A stretch of DNA of 64,000 nt from an uncultured delta proteobacterium (GTDB lineage: Bacteria; Myxococcota_A; Polyangia; Polyangiales; Polyangiaceae): assembly GCA_963806225.1 (NCBI GenBank), contig CAWDXG010000004.1:4512001-4576000 (forward strand), read 5' to 3'. A model generated the notes under the pieces. The model was not told the DNA's origin, searched no databases, and saw only the letters and a program-made list of their open reading frames with translations. Position numbers and translations under genes: made by a program. The stretch's first letter is position 1, and the number at the start of each line of letters is the position of its first letter. Positions 8,294 to 20,946 of the stretch are shown here, piece after piece.

Positions 8294-9520
8294 ATGAACG
8301 GCGCTGCGGCCTGGTCCACGGCCCTGATCGGGGCGTTGGTGGTCGCGGCACTCGCCGCGCCGGGCTGCCGGTTCACGACCTCGCTCGACGGCTATGCCTC
8401 CGCAGGCGGAGGCGCGGGCGGCGGCAACCTCCAATGTGCGAACGGCGGCACGTGCAGAAGCGGCTGCCTCGACTGTGACGGCACGCCTGGCTGCGAGACG
8501 GATCCGACGAACGACCCGCACAACTGCGGCGGGTGCGGCTTCGACTGCGGCGCGGGCAGGTGCGATCACGCCGTATGCGTGCTGGCGGACGCGGACCGCC
8601 CGACGCAGCTCGTCGTCGACGCGACCAACGTCTACTTCGCCGAATTCGGCGAGGGGGGCGTCAGCGCCGGCGCCGTGATGTCCGTGCCGATCGTACCCAC
8701 TGCCAGCGCGGCGGCGACACAGATTGCGGGCAACCAGTCCGAACCGGTCGCATTGGCGGAGGCCGTGACGGCTCTGTTCTGGGCGAACTTCACCAGCGGC
8801 GGCAACATCCTGACGAGCCAGAAGACCGACCAGGGCACGAGCGGCGTACAGGTCGCGGGCGCGAACAGCCCGCGCGGAGTCGCGTGCGACGACAGCAAGG
8901 TGTACTGGACCAACTCCGGAAACGGCACGATCGGCGCTCGCACGCAGGATCTGGGTACTTCGCCCGCACAGCTGGTCGCTTCCGATGGCCCCAGCAACAC
9001 GCCTTGGGGAATCGCCGCGGACTTCGCCGCCGTCTACTGGACCGACAAGACCGGCGGGCGCGTGAGGAAATACGACAAGACCACCAAAGTCGTGTCGACC
9101 CTGGCGACGGGCCAGCAGAACCCGGTCGCCATCGCGGTCGAGGGCAGCAGCCTGTACTGGGCCGACGCGGGGGACTGCGCCGGCGCCAACGGTTCCATCT
9201 GGAAGATGCCGGCCAACTCCGATCCCGCCACTCCTGCTACGCAGATCGCCCAGAGCCAGGCCTGTCCTTCGGCGATCACGGCGGACGCGGACGGTGTCTA
9301 CTGGACCGACTACGGCACGACCCAGAACAACAACTACCAGTCGAACGGCGGAGTGTACGCAGCCCTGGCGGGCGACCCACCCCAGCCGGTGGCCGGCGCG
9401 AACCGCCCCCAGGGCGTCGCGACGGATTCGACCGGCATCTACTGGACCGAGCAGGGGTCGAATCCGGCTGTGCCGGGCAGCGGCTCCGTGCGGAAAGCCA
9501 GCCGGGCGATTCTCCACTAG
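8294..9520 (+). CDS. Lipoprotein with Cys-rich N-domain and YWT/YWTD-type beta-propeller
   Basis: Lipobox APGC; DPHNCGGCG motif; repeated VYWT/LYWA/IYWT blades. Confidence 0.8.
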   Translation: MNGAAAWSTALIGALVVAALAAPGCRFTTSLDGYASAGGGAGGGNLQCANGGTCRSGCLDCDGTPGCETDPTNDPHNCGGCGFDCGAGRCDHAVCVLADADRPTQLVVDATNVYFAEFGEGGVSAGAVMSVPIVPTASAAATQIAGNQSEPVALAEAVTALFWANFTSGGNILTSQKTDQGTSGVQVAGANSPRGVACDDSKVYWTNSGNGTIGARTQDLGTSPAQLVASDGPSNTPWGIAADFAAVYWTDKTGGRVRKYDKTTKVVSTLATGQQNPVAIAVEGSSLYWADAGDCAGANGSIWKMPANSDPATPATQIAQSQACPSAITADADGVYWTDYGTTQNNNYQSNGGVYAALAGDPPQPVAGANRPQGVATDSTGIYWTEQGSNPAVPGSGSVRKASRAILH

Positions 9521-9534
9521 CCCCGGCTCGGGGC

Positions 9535-10395
9535 CTAGAAACGGCCGCAGAGGCTGGTCACCGCGCCGCCATGCACCGGCTCCACGTCGAGGCGCGGCAA
9601 CCGCCCCTGCTCCGCGTCGCGCTGCGCGGAGCCCTGGTGCGAGAAGTACAGGTAGGCGGCGACGCCGAGCGACGCGACCCCGATCCCGAGCGGGATGAAC
9701 GACAGGGTCCGTGTGCGGGACGCAGCGTCGACGCTGCTCTGGGCACAATGGCCCTTGCACTTGTCGAGCTCACCGACCTGGTGGTCGAACTTCACGGCCA
9801 TGTAGGTGAATCCGCCCAGACCGACGAGCCCCACTCCGCCCAGCACGTAGACGGCCAGCGGCGTGCCGCTCGAGACGTGCGGCTGTTCCGGAGGCGCTTT
9901 CCTGCCGATGGGAAACGTCACGTGCAGGTGGCGATTCTGCTCCGCCTCGTGGATCACCATGCGGCGCGAGATCGGGCTCGTCCCATCCGTTTCGAATGTG
10001 AACGTGTGCACACCGGGGTCGACCGGCATTGCGTGCCCGTCGATGCGCTCGACGAACGACCGGCCGTCGAGCGTGACACGCACATCGACCAGGTCGCGTC
10101 CCCTGGCGTCACTGGCCTCGACGACGACGGTCGGGATGGCCTTCGCGGCCTCGACGCTCCACTGGACGCAGTCCTTGCGGAGCACCGTCGGGCAGGCGTC
10201 GCGGGCACACACCAGAAACTGCTTGTTCGCCTCGACCAGACGATGCTTGTTGCGCAGGCGCTGCCCCTGCACGTAGGCCTGCGAGCAGAGCTGCTTCTCG
10301 GAACGGTCACCGGCCCGCGCCGGAAGCCCCGTGCACATCAGCGCAAACGCCAACAGTCCGGCACCCGCTCCGCGCCGGAGCGCCGGGGAGCTCAT
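9535..10395 (-). CDS. Exported TPR/PEGA-like domain protein associated with the Ser/Thr kinase
   Basis: Signal peptide; CARDACP...DC helical region; VTLDG...VDPGVH PEGA-like strands; two C-terminal hydrophobic segments. Confidence 0.65.
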   Translation of the reverse strand: MSSPALRRGAGAGLLAFALMCTGLPARAGDRSEKQLCSQAYVQGQRLRNKHRLVEANKQFLVCARDACPTVLRKDCVQWSVEAAKAIPTVVVEASDARGRDLVDVRVTLDGRSFVERIDGHAMPVDPGVHTFTFETDGTSPISRRMVIHEAEQNRHLHVTFPIGRKAPPEQPHVSSGTPLAVYVLGGVGLVGLGGFTYMAVKFDHQVGELDKCKGHCAQSSVDAASRTRTLSFIPLGIGVASLGVAAYLYFSHQGSAQRDAEQGRLPRLDVEPVHGGAVTSLCGRF

Positions 10396-10408
10396 GCGCG
10401 GTGCAGCG

Positions 10409-11963
10409 TCACAGGCACTCTGGCTTGGGGATCCTGATGCCGTGCGGATCGAGCGTGTAGGGAGGGGAGCAGTCACGGGAAGGTCTGGCGTGCTTGGGCG
10501 ACCGGTAGTGGCGGTAGTGATGGACGTGTCGAGCCGGGGGAGGCGCCGAAGTCGAGGCGGCCGGGGCGGGGCTCGCCGAGACCGTGGGCGCCGTCGTCCG
10601 CGCCGATGGCGTCAGCGAGGGAGCTACCGATGGCTGCGCGGTTGCAGCGAGCACACCGACGGATGATACAGGGGCCGGGGACCGAGCGGGCGACGAACGC
10701 AACAGCCAGACAAGCCCGACGACCGCCACCACCCCCAGAAGCGCCATTACCGCGATATTCCGGGCGCGCCCGCCCCCGCGCAGACGCGGCAGAATCGACT
10801 GCGCCGTAGACAGGCTGGTCAGCGATCGCTCGGACAACTCGCCGGATCCGGGTCGCGCAGGAGCCGCCGGCGCGAGCGACGCCCGATCGACCTCGGGACG
10901 GGTCGGTGGCAGCGCGCCCTCGGCAGGCGGCGGCGCTATCGAGGGTGTGGAGGGCTGTCCGGAAACGACGCCCGGGTGCACTTCCGAGATGCTCTCGATC
11001 TCGGCGAGGCGCTCGCCGCGCCGTTTGAGGCTCTCGCCGGCGAACTGTTCGACCCAGGCTGCCACTTCGCGAGGCGAGCTGGGCGCGACGACCTCTTCCA
11101 GAGCCGACGCCATCTCGCGTGCGGTAGCGTAGCGCTGCTCCGGGTCCGCTGTGAGGCCGCGCATCACAACGCGGTCGAGCCCGGCGGGAAGCGACGGCCT
11201 ATGCCGGCTCGGCGGCTCGGTCGCGCCCGCCAACACCAGTCCGAACAACGCTGCCTGGTTGTCGGCGTCGAACAGAACGTCTGCCCGTGAGCGCTTCCCA
11301 CAGCACGACGCTGGCGGCGTAGATATCGGTGCGCCGGTCGACTGCTTCACCGCGCAGCTGTTCCGGCGCCATGTAGGCCAGCTTGCCCTTGAGCTGGCCG
11401 TCGCGCGTCGTCTGCAGACGCCCGGCGGCTTTCGCCACACCGAAGTCGAGAACGCGCGCCACTCCATCTGCGCCGACGATCACGTTCTGTGGCGAGACGT
11501 CGCGGTGGACGATGCCCAGCGGCTCGCCGCGTTGGCTCAGTGCCTCGTGCGCCGCGTGCAGACCGTCGAGCACACCCGCCACGATGTTGGTCACGATGGG
11601 CACGGGGACCAGCTCGCCCGTCGCGCGCGCGGCGCGCAGGAGCCGCGACAGGGATTCGCCCTGGATGAACTCCATGACGAGGAACAGCTCGCCCTGCAGC
11701 GCGACCACATCGAGCATGGGCACGACGTTCGGATGCTGGATGCGGCCTGCGACCCGGGCCTCGTCGATGAACATCGAGACGAAGTCCGGCTCCTTGGCGA
11801 ACTGCGCGTGCAGGCACTTGATGGCGACCGTTCTCGAGAAGCCCACCTGCCCCTGCATCCTGCCGAAATGCACGGTGGCCATGCCGCCGGACGCAATCTC
11901 CTCGTACAGCACGTAGCGCCCAATGACGCGCTGCCCCTGCGGCATGTGCTCGGTGACAGCCAT
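10409..11963 (-). CDS. Membrane-anchored Hanks-type Ser/Thr protein kinase (one +1 frameshift at ~11277)
   Basis: GGMATV, AIK, HRDVSPQN, DFG and YMAPE motifs. Removing one base at 11276-11277 restores TGRRLFD and joins the Pro-rich linker and TM part. Confidence 0.88.
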
Positions 11964-12082
11964 CCGGAGCATCCAGGCTAGCGCGATCGCCGGAGCTGCA
12001 CACCTGCACGAGGTCGATTCCGGCCGTCGGGCCGCTCCCGGGGCGGCGATGGCGGCGGGCGCGAGAGGCGCTGCGCGGTCGC

Positions 12083-15000
12083 CTACTCGAACTCGAGCCG
12101 CCAGCGGATGTCGGCGCCCAGGTTGCCGAGCGACGAGCTGGAGATGTCGTTGACGTTGTCGTAGGAGCCCTCGACGCTGACGCGGGGGCTCAGCCGCCAC
12201 TCCACGTTGGAGCGGACCTCGCGCGAGTCGGAAAGCCCGCTCGTGACATTGGCGCGGATGCGGTGGGCCAGGCGCTTGCCGATCGTGACCGTCGGTTCGG
12301 TGCGGCCCGTGCGTGACGAGTAGGCGCTGCCGAAGCGGAACTCGTCGATGACCGGCAGCGCCTCGGTCACCGCCTTGTCCGCCCCCGACAGCGTACCGAG
12401 CGCTTCGAGCGCCACACTCTCGCCCACGCTGGCCGACTGCGCCTGGTCGAGCTCGGCGCGGGTCAGTCCCACGGTGAGCAGCAGGAAGATGTCGTCCTGC
12501 GCCAGCTGCGGTTCGCTGGTGAGGTCGATACGCAGCTTGTCGGCGTCACCGTAGGCGTGCATCTTGATGTGCCACTGGCCGCCCCGCGCGCTCGTCTCCG
12601 TTCCGGAGCCGGCGGCGGCAGCGGTGGCGGCAGCGCCGCCCTGGGCGCCGGTCGCCGACTCGGAATAGCGGTGGTAGTCGGTCACCGCGGTCACGTCGAC
12701 CTGCGGCGCGATGCGGGTCAGGTCGTCGAAGCGTACGAAGCCCTGGCGGATCTCGAACTCGTTGCGGCGCAGCCGGATGCGTCCGCCCGGTTTCAGCCGC
12801 AACGTGCCCCGCATTCCGACGCGCTGGTTGGTCCCGGCGAGCACCAGCCCGTCCTTGTCGATGGAAAGCTCGGCGTCGACCAGGTTGTTCTCGATCTTCA
12901 GCGGCCGCGGAGCCAGGAGCGTGATGTCGTAATCCACCGTGTCGTCGGCGGGGTCGTACGAATCGAACTTGGTGCGCTTGCCGCGCTGGGCGAGACGGCT
13001 GATGTCCGCCGTCATGGTGATGGGGCGCGAGTACTTGAAGGAGCGCAGCGTGACCTGTCCTGTGACGTGAGGCAGCGAGCGGTGTTCCTCCCCCTCCGCG
13101 GTGTCGGTAGGTGGTCGCCAGTTCGCGACAAGGTCGGCGTCGACCGTGGCGGCAATCCCGCTCTCGAGCGGCAGGTGGATGCGCCGGGCCGTGATCACGC
13201 CGCGCGCCGCGCCGAGCTTGAAGCCGCGCAGCGGCGCGCTGCCGCTGAGCCGCAAGGTGCCGTCGCCGATGCGTGCCTGACCGCGCGTGATCCGGAGCTC
13301 GTCGTTGTCGAGCGCCACCGCGAGCTGGATCCCGGAAACGGGGCTCGGCAATCCGCGTACCGAGACCTCGCCGTTGTCGAGCGAGAAGCCGCCCTGATAG
13401 CGGAGGGCGGACGGCGGGCCCGTCACACGGAGCTTGCCCTGGATGGTGCCGCTCGCGCGTTCCGCGCGCGGGATCAGGCTGACGAAGCCCGAGAGGTCCG
13501 CGGGTCGCAACGCCAGTGTGGCGTCGACGTTGGGCTTCTTGCCGAGGCCGCTGACCCCGCCGTGCAGGTCGAACACGCCGCGCTGTCCGCGGGGCGTATC
13601 GACGGCCAGCGCCAGTCCCGGCATCTGGACTCGCCCGCCCTCGATCTGGATAGGGCGCGCGCCCGGCTGCAGGTCGACCTTGAAGCCGCTCTGCGACAGC
13701 CACATGGAGCTCAAGCGGACGGTGGCGCGCGTCTCGGCGCTGTCGTCGAGCGGCATGTCGTCGATATGCAGCTTGCCGCTGAGTCGCCCCTTCGGCTTCG
13801 TGTCCGAAAGCGCAACGGCCGGCGAGAGCTCGGCGAGCGCGCCTACGTCGAGCTTGTTGAAGGTCACGTCCCCGCGCATCGTCTTCTTGCGCTGCCGGGT
13901 CGCGGTGACGTCGTTGAACACCACCTGACCGCCGAACAGGTCGCCGTCCACGTGGTAGACGCCGTCGGCCTTGTCCTGGTTCCACGCCGTGCGGTCGAAG
14001 GGAGCCGTGATCGGCTGTCCGCACTTGGAGTGGCCGATGATCTGGCGCTTCGGCGGCTTCGGTTCCAGGCGCACATCGAGCTCGGAAGCCGGCAGGTGCG
14101 CGCTGCCGATGCGCACCGGCGAGATCCGCACGTGCGCGTCGGCGCTCAGCGCGTCGACGGTGCCTCCGAGCTCGGCTACTGCGCTCGCATGGCCGTCGAG
14201 CGCAAGCCCCAGGCTGCCGAGCGAGTCGATGCGCGACAGCGGCAACCCGCTGCCGATCATGTGCCCGCGCACGATGCCGCCACGGTGGATGCTGAATGCA
14301 CCGAGCATCGTGCCGGTGCCCTTGGTCAGCGTCATGCTCGGCACGTCCATGTCGAGCCCGAGGTAGCCCGCCTTCGCGTCGGGCCAGCGGAAGTCGAAAT
14401 CGACCTTGCCCGAGTCGTAGCGCTCGTCGAATAGATCCAGCCTGTTGAAGTTGGCGTTGCCCGCCACGGTGAGGTTGCCGCCGCCGCAGGGGTCGTCCGG
14501 CCCGTGGAGCACGTAGTGTATGCGCGCCTCGAGCTTGCCCTGGCCCTTGATGTCCTTGAAGCGCGGATCGTCCTCGAACAGCCACATGGCCATGAAGTCG
14601 CGGATGTCCAGGCGCGAGCTCGAGACGTTCGCGTCGGCGACGAGCCCGTTTCGGGTATCGAAGTTCAAGCGTGCGCTCGACACGTAGAACGGGCTCTGTC
14701 CCGTTTGACCGTGCGCTTCGAGGAAGTCCACCTTGAGCGGCCGGAAGCGGATCTTGGCGCTGTCGATGTTCCCGATCGGGAAGCCGCCGAAGACGAGCCC
14801 CTTGACGGCGAGGTGGCCGGTGAGCAGCGGATTGCCCGACTGCCCCGCGAGCTTGGCGTCGATCTTCGCCTTGCCCGACATCTTGATGTTGATGAGCGGG
14901 CTCACGTCGGCAAGGTCGAGCCTCGAGCTCTTGTCGACGGTGATCAGCATCTCGTTGTGGAAGCCGATGGAGACGATCGGGGAGATCGATCAAGCTGTGC

Positions 15001-16565
15001 CCGAACGTGACGTGCGCGTCGTAGATCTCGAATGCGTTCGGCCGGAGGCCGACGCGCGCGTGCACCGTGGCTGCCGGAACGCCAATCATGTGGCGGCGCG
15101 CCGGGTCGCGGTAGGAGCGGTCGAAGACCTCGAAGTCGCGCGTGTGGCTCACCAGGTCGCCGTCGATATGCATCGGCCAGAAGGTGCCGCGGATATGCTG
15201 GAGGATGCTCTTCTTCAGATGCCACTGCACGATGGTATTGGGCGTGACCTTGAAGTCGCGCATCATCGATTCGAACTTCAGGTTCTCGCTCACCGCCCTG
15301 GGCGCCGTGATGGGGATGCCCTTGGCGAACGGTTTGACGAGGCCGTCGAAGAGCGTGACCTGGCCGTCGCCGAAGCCCATGTCGAACCGGGGTATCCGCA
15401 CCTCGTCGTTGTCGATGTCGAGTGAAACCGCCAGCGTGTGAGCGAGCACGTAGCCCGCCATGGAAATGCCGCCTCCGCGAAGCTTCCCGTGGAATTCAGG
15501 AAGCCGCGTGCGGCCGTCGTAGCGGATGTCGCCGACGAGTCCCGCCCAGCCTCTGAGCGTGCCGGTGTGCACGAAGCGGTTCACGATCGCGGTTGGACCC
15601 CGCACCATCACGTGACCGTCGACCAGCGGCGGCTTGTTGGCGCGGCGCACGACGCGCACTTCGGACAACCGGGCGGCGACGCGCCATTGATCGGTATCGT
15701 CGCCGTTGTCCGCCGGGTGGCACGCGGGTCGGGTGCCGGGCGCCGGGTCGTGGTCGGCTTCGCCGAGCAGGGAGAAGCGCCGTACCAGCAGGCTGCCCGG
15801 CTCGAAGTGCGCGCGCAGGTCCAGGCCGCACAGCACGTCCTCGTCCACTGCGGGGGCTGGCTTCCAGCGTCGCCCCTTCTTGTCGATCTGGAGGTCGGGC
15901 TTGTCGTAGCCCTTTTCCGCCTTGACCAGCATCGTGCGATGGCGCGTGACGGCGCTGTGGTCGGAACGGACTCTGACCTCGAAGCTCGGACCGCGGTCGG
16001 CGAACACGTCGACGTCCATCGGGCCGGCGTTGATTTTCATCTTCGCGACGTCCAGCTCGACCTCGGCGTCCGTGACCGAAAGCGACGAGAAGGGAGCGCG
16101 CTTCAGCTTGGGCGCAGGCCCCTTGCGTTTGGGCAGCCGGTAGCTGACGTTGACGATCTTGCCGTCGCGCAGGACGATGCGCCCCTTCGGCTGGTCGATC
16201 TCGATGTCGCCCACATCGAGCTTTCCGGCGAGCAGCGAGAACACCCGCGGCGTGACGGCGACGCGCTTGGCCTGCAGAGCCGGCGCGCCACCGTCGTTTG
16301 AAGGGACGACGAGGTCGTGGACCGAGACCTGGAGCGGCCAGAGCTTCATCTCCACGCGGTAGCTGGCCGTGACGCCGAGCTGTTCCTTGAGAACCCGCGC
16401 TGTTTCCGACGCCGCCCAACGCTGGATAGGCTGCGAGCGCACCAGCATCCCGCCGAGCAGCGGCAGCCCGCCGACGAGCCCGAACACCGCGCACAGCAAC
16501 TGCGCGAGGATGCGGCCGGGGTCCCAGCGGCGATGGGACACCCGCTTCTGGGGGCGGCGGGGCAT
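12083..16565 (-). CDS. tamB: TamB/AsmA-like translocation and assembly module protein (one +1 frameshift at ~14980)
   Basis: N-terminal TM, long beta-taco region, DUF490-like C-terminus (VTIGKRL...NLGADIRWRLEFE). An extra G in GGGG at 14979-14982 splits the ORF. Confidence 0.78.
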
Positions 16566-16751
16566 CACTCCAGATTAGACGACAACGGGGGGCGATCGCT
16601 TTCCGGTTCCGGCCTACTGGCCAGGAGCGCAGTGCTTTCGCCCCCCTAGGTTACCCCGCGGGTCCCCCGAAGGCCCATTTCCGGCCCTCCGACCTGCGTG
16701 CGGGGCAGATCGATCGCGGGCGGCGTCCGTACCAGACCGGAGACCAGGAGG

Positions 16752-18312
16752 ATGAAAATGCGCGGTTTCCGGGCGACGGGTTGGCTTGTGTCGGGGTTGG
16801 TGCTGCTGACGGCGGCAAGCGCACTCGGGCGCGGCCACAAGAAGGACGACAGGGACAAGCACAAGTTCGATTTCGCTCCAGCGCCGAAGGTCATGCGCAT
16901 GCCGATGCCGAGCGCGCGCATGGGCGCCACACCCGGCGGAGCGCAGGACATCGACTACGCTCGCGACCGGATCCACGCCGGCGAGGTGCCCCACGCCAAG
17001 ACGTTCACCGCCGAGGGCCTCCTGAGCCAGCACGATCTGCCGCTGCAGGCGACGCGCACGTGCAAGCAGATCATCTGTCTGACCGCGGCGGCCACGCGAG
17101 CCGATCTCGATCGCCCAGCCCAACGTGCGCTATCTCGCCCAGCTCGGCTTCGCCTCGAATCTCGACCCGAAGACCTGGCATCGCAGGCCGCTGAACCTGG
17201 TGGCGGTCATCGACAAGAGCGGCAGTATGAGCGGCACGCCGCTCGAGACGGTGAAGGCCAGCCTGCGTCAGGTCGCGAAGCAGATGACGCCGCGCGACCA
17301 GATCTCCATCGTGCTGTACGGCGATAGGAGCTACGTGCATCTCCAGCCGACGCGGCTTTCGGCGAAGTCGCGCGTGCTGCGCGCTATCGACGCGATACAG
17401 AGTGCGGGCAGCACCGCGATGGAGGACGGGCTGCGCGTCGGCTACGGGCTCGCCATGAACACCGCGCCGCACTTCGCCGGCACGACGCGGGTCATGCTGT
17501 TCACGGACGAGCGGCCCAACGTCGGTGCGACCGACAAGCAGAGCTTCATGGGCATGGCCCGCGCGGCGTCGAAGCGCGGCGTCGGCCTGACTACGATCGG
17601 CGTCGGAGAGCAGTTCGGAGCGGAGCTGGCCACGGCCATCAGCAACGTCCGCGGCGGCAACCTCTTCTTCTTCCCGAACGTGGGCAAGATGAAGGATCGG
17701 TTCGCGCGCGACTTCGACACTATGGTGACCGAGCTGGCGCACAACATGAAGCTCGTGATCAAGCCGAACGCCGGCTACAAGCTGGTCGGCCTGTACGGAC
17801 TACCGGGCGATCTGGTCCACCGCACCAAGGATGGCGGCCTGTCCATGAAGCTCGAGACGGTGTTTCTGAGCAAGGACAAGGGCGGCATCTACTTCGCATT
17901 TGCGCCGGCGGGCGCCGGCGCACTGCCGCCGAAACCCGGCCCGGTCGCGAGCGCGCGGATCGCCTACGTGGACACGCAGCAGCACCGGCAGAGCGACGCG
18001 CTGTCGTTCCCGTTCGTGCAGGGCAAGCTCCCGCTGGGGCTATCGCGCGGGCGCCTGCTGGTCGACGAGATCACGACGCTCAAGCGCGCGTCCGTCCTGC
18101 ATCGCGAGCAGAACAAGACCGAGCAGGCCTACCGCCTGGTGCGCGCCCTGCACAAGCGGCTCGCCGAGTCGGGAGACCTGGACCTGCGGAAGGAAGTGAA
18201 GCTCGTGTCCGAGCTCGACGCCACGCTCACGCGCCTGAGCGGCCACAAGGGCGAGGCGCTGCCGGTCACTCCCGTGCAGCGCGATCTCGTGAGCGGCCTG
18301 CCCGGGCGCTAG
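16752..18312 (+). CDS. Exported VWA-domain protein (YfbK-like; one +1 frameshift at ~17109)
   Basis: SD AGGAGG, signal peptide, PLNLVAVIDKSGSM MIDAS motif, GSTAM, LFTD. Frame repairs to ADLIAQPNVRY. Confidence 0.82.
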
Positions 18313-18352
18313 GGCGGGGTCCAGGGCGTCATCTCCGCTTACTTGCCGCGCA

Positions 18353-18364
18353 TGACATCTGTCA
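18353..18364. promoter_or_regulatory. Palindrome TGACA-TC-TGTCA (TGA-N6-TCA core) upstream of the OsmC-family gene
   Basis: Perfect inverted repeat about 85 bp before the ATG; spacing matches the CRP/FNR-family core. Confidence 0.35.
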
Positions 18365-18449
18365 GGTGTGACGGTTGCGCCTGAACCGCCCGCCGCCAGT
18401 CTGGCTCATACCTGGCGAGACCGGCAGAGGCCGGACAGAGAGGTCACTC

Positions 18450-18875
18450 ATGGATATCCGTATCGGGTTCAGCGGGGGCAAGCGCGTCGATGCGCATTTC
18501 GACGGTCGCGTCGTCCAGACCGACCAGAGCCCCGAGGGCGGCGGCGACGGCAGCGCGCCCGAGCCCTTCCAGCTGTTCCTGGCGTCGCTGGCCACCTGCG
18601 CCGGGATCTACGTGCTCGGCTTCTGCCAGGCGCGGGGCATCCCCACCGACGGCATCGAGATGGTCCAGCACCACGACTTCGACATGGAGGCCGGTCGGCT
18701 CGCGGGCGTCCGCATCGAGATCACCGTGCCCGACAACTTCCCGCCGAAGTACGTGCCGGCGCTCGAGCGCGTGGCAGCGAAGTGCGCCGTCAAGCGGGTG
18801 ATGGAGAACCCGCCGCAGTTCCAGATCACGGCCACGACGCAGAGCGGTGTCGCCGCGCGGACCGCCACGGCCTAG
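18450..18875 (+). CDS. OsmC/Ohr-family protein
   Basis: TDQ...GGDGSAPEPFQLFLASLATC and second Cys in KCAV; SD GAGG. Confidence 0.87.
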   Translation: MDIRIGFSGGKRVDAHFDGRVVQTDQSPEGGGDGSAPEPFQLFLASLATCAGIYVLGFCQARGIPTDGIEMVQHHDFDMEAGRLAGVRIEITVPDNFPPKYVPALERVAAKCAVKRVMENPPQFQITATTQSGVAARTATA

Positions 18876-19841
18876 TTCACGTCGTAGGTCGCCACTACCG
18901 GGTCGTGGTCGCTGGTGGCGCTCACGGTCGCGTTGCGGAAGATCGACACGGAGGCCGGATACGCACTGTCGATCAGCGACTGGGCCTGGTCGTTCATGAC
19001 CTGGTTGTCGATGAGCTCGTGCTGGCCCGAATAGATCGTGCTGTAGCGCTGGGCGGCCGGGATCGAGATCGCCGACCGTGGCGTACTGGGCGGGAGGCGC
19101 TCCGACGAGCGCCTTCATCGGCGCCGAGTCGGGTGTGCAGTTGAAATCGCCCAGCACGATCACCGCGGCGGATGAATCGTTGTAGCCCATCTGCAGCGCG
19201 ATCTTGCGCGTGTGCTCGGCTTCGGCGAGGCGCTTGACCTGGCTCGTCGCGTCGCCCTTGGCCTTGAAGTGGACGCCCATGAGCACGACGTGTCGCCCAT
19301 TGATCGTCAGGTGCACCTCCATCACGTCGCGCGCGTAGATGAACGTCCTCGTGGGGTCCGTCGAGGGCGAGAAGAACTCGCCCTTGTGCGACACGATCTT
19401 GTCGATCGGAAAGCGGCTCAGGATTGCGATGTCGATGCCGCGCGGGTCGTTGCCGAGCGTGGTCGCGCGGTTCGGATAGCCGCCGAGCTTCTTCGCGATC
19501 GCGTCGGTGACGTTCTCGTTCTCGATCTCCTCGAGCACCGCGATGTCCGGATCCAGCCTGGACAGCACGCTCGTGACCTGGCCCAGCTTCTTGTCGTAGT
19601 CCGCGGTGGAGAGCACCGTCTCGCCCTGGATCTCCGGGCTGTCGACCTTGTCGTTGAAGAAGTTCCGCACGTTCCAGTTGACGACGCGCACCGGCAGTGG
19701 CGTGGCGGCCTCCTGCGTTCCGCCCCCGCTGCCCCCGCTCGAGCTGCCGGCGGCTCCGCCGCCCGGGTTCAGGTTCGGACCGCCACCGCAGGCCGGCGCT
19801 TCGAGCAGGACGGTGAGGGCGACCAGCAGGCGAAGTCGCAT
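18872..19841 (-). CDS. Endonuclease/exonuclease/phosphatase (EEP) family lipoprotein (one +1 frameshift at ~19064)
   Basis: NWNVRNFF, LEEIEN, HFK and GDFN motifs; after frame repair ELIDNQ and SDHDPVV. Confidence 0.85.
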
Positions 19842-19985
19842 CCTGCCACTTTGGCTTGTTTTTCCCCCCGTGGCGAGAGGGGTAAGCCCGCGGGGCAAGC
19901 TATGCTAGAGGAGCCGTCCGCCGCTCGGGAGCAGGCCCGGCCGAAGTGCCGGGCCGCGCCTGGGATCCGCGGCGTCACTCGACCC

Positions 19986-20921
<936 letters not shown>

Positions 20922-20946
20922 GCGGGCGGCGGCGGGGCGCGCGGGC

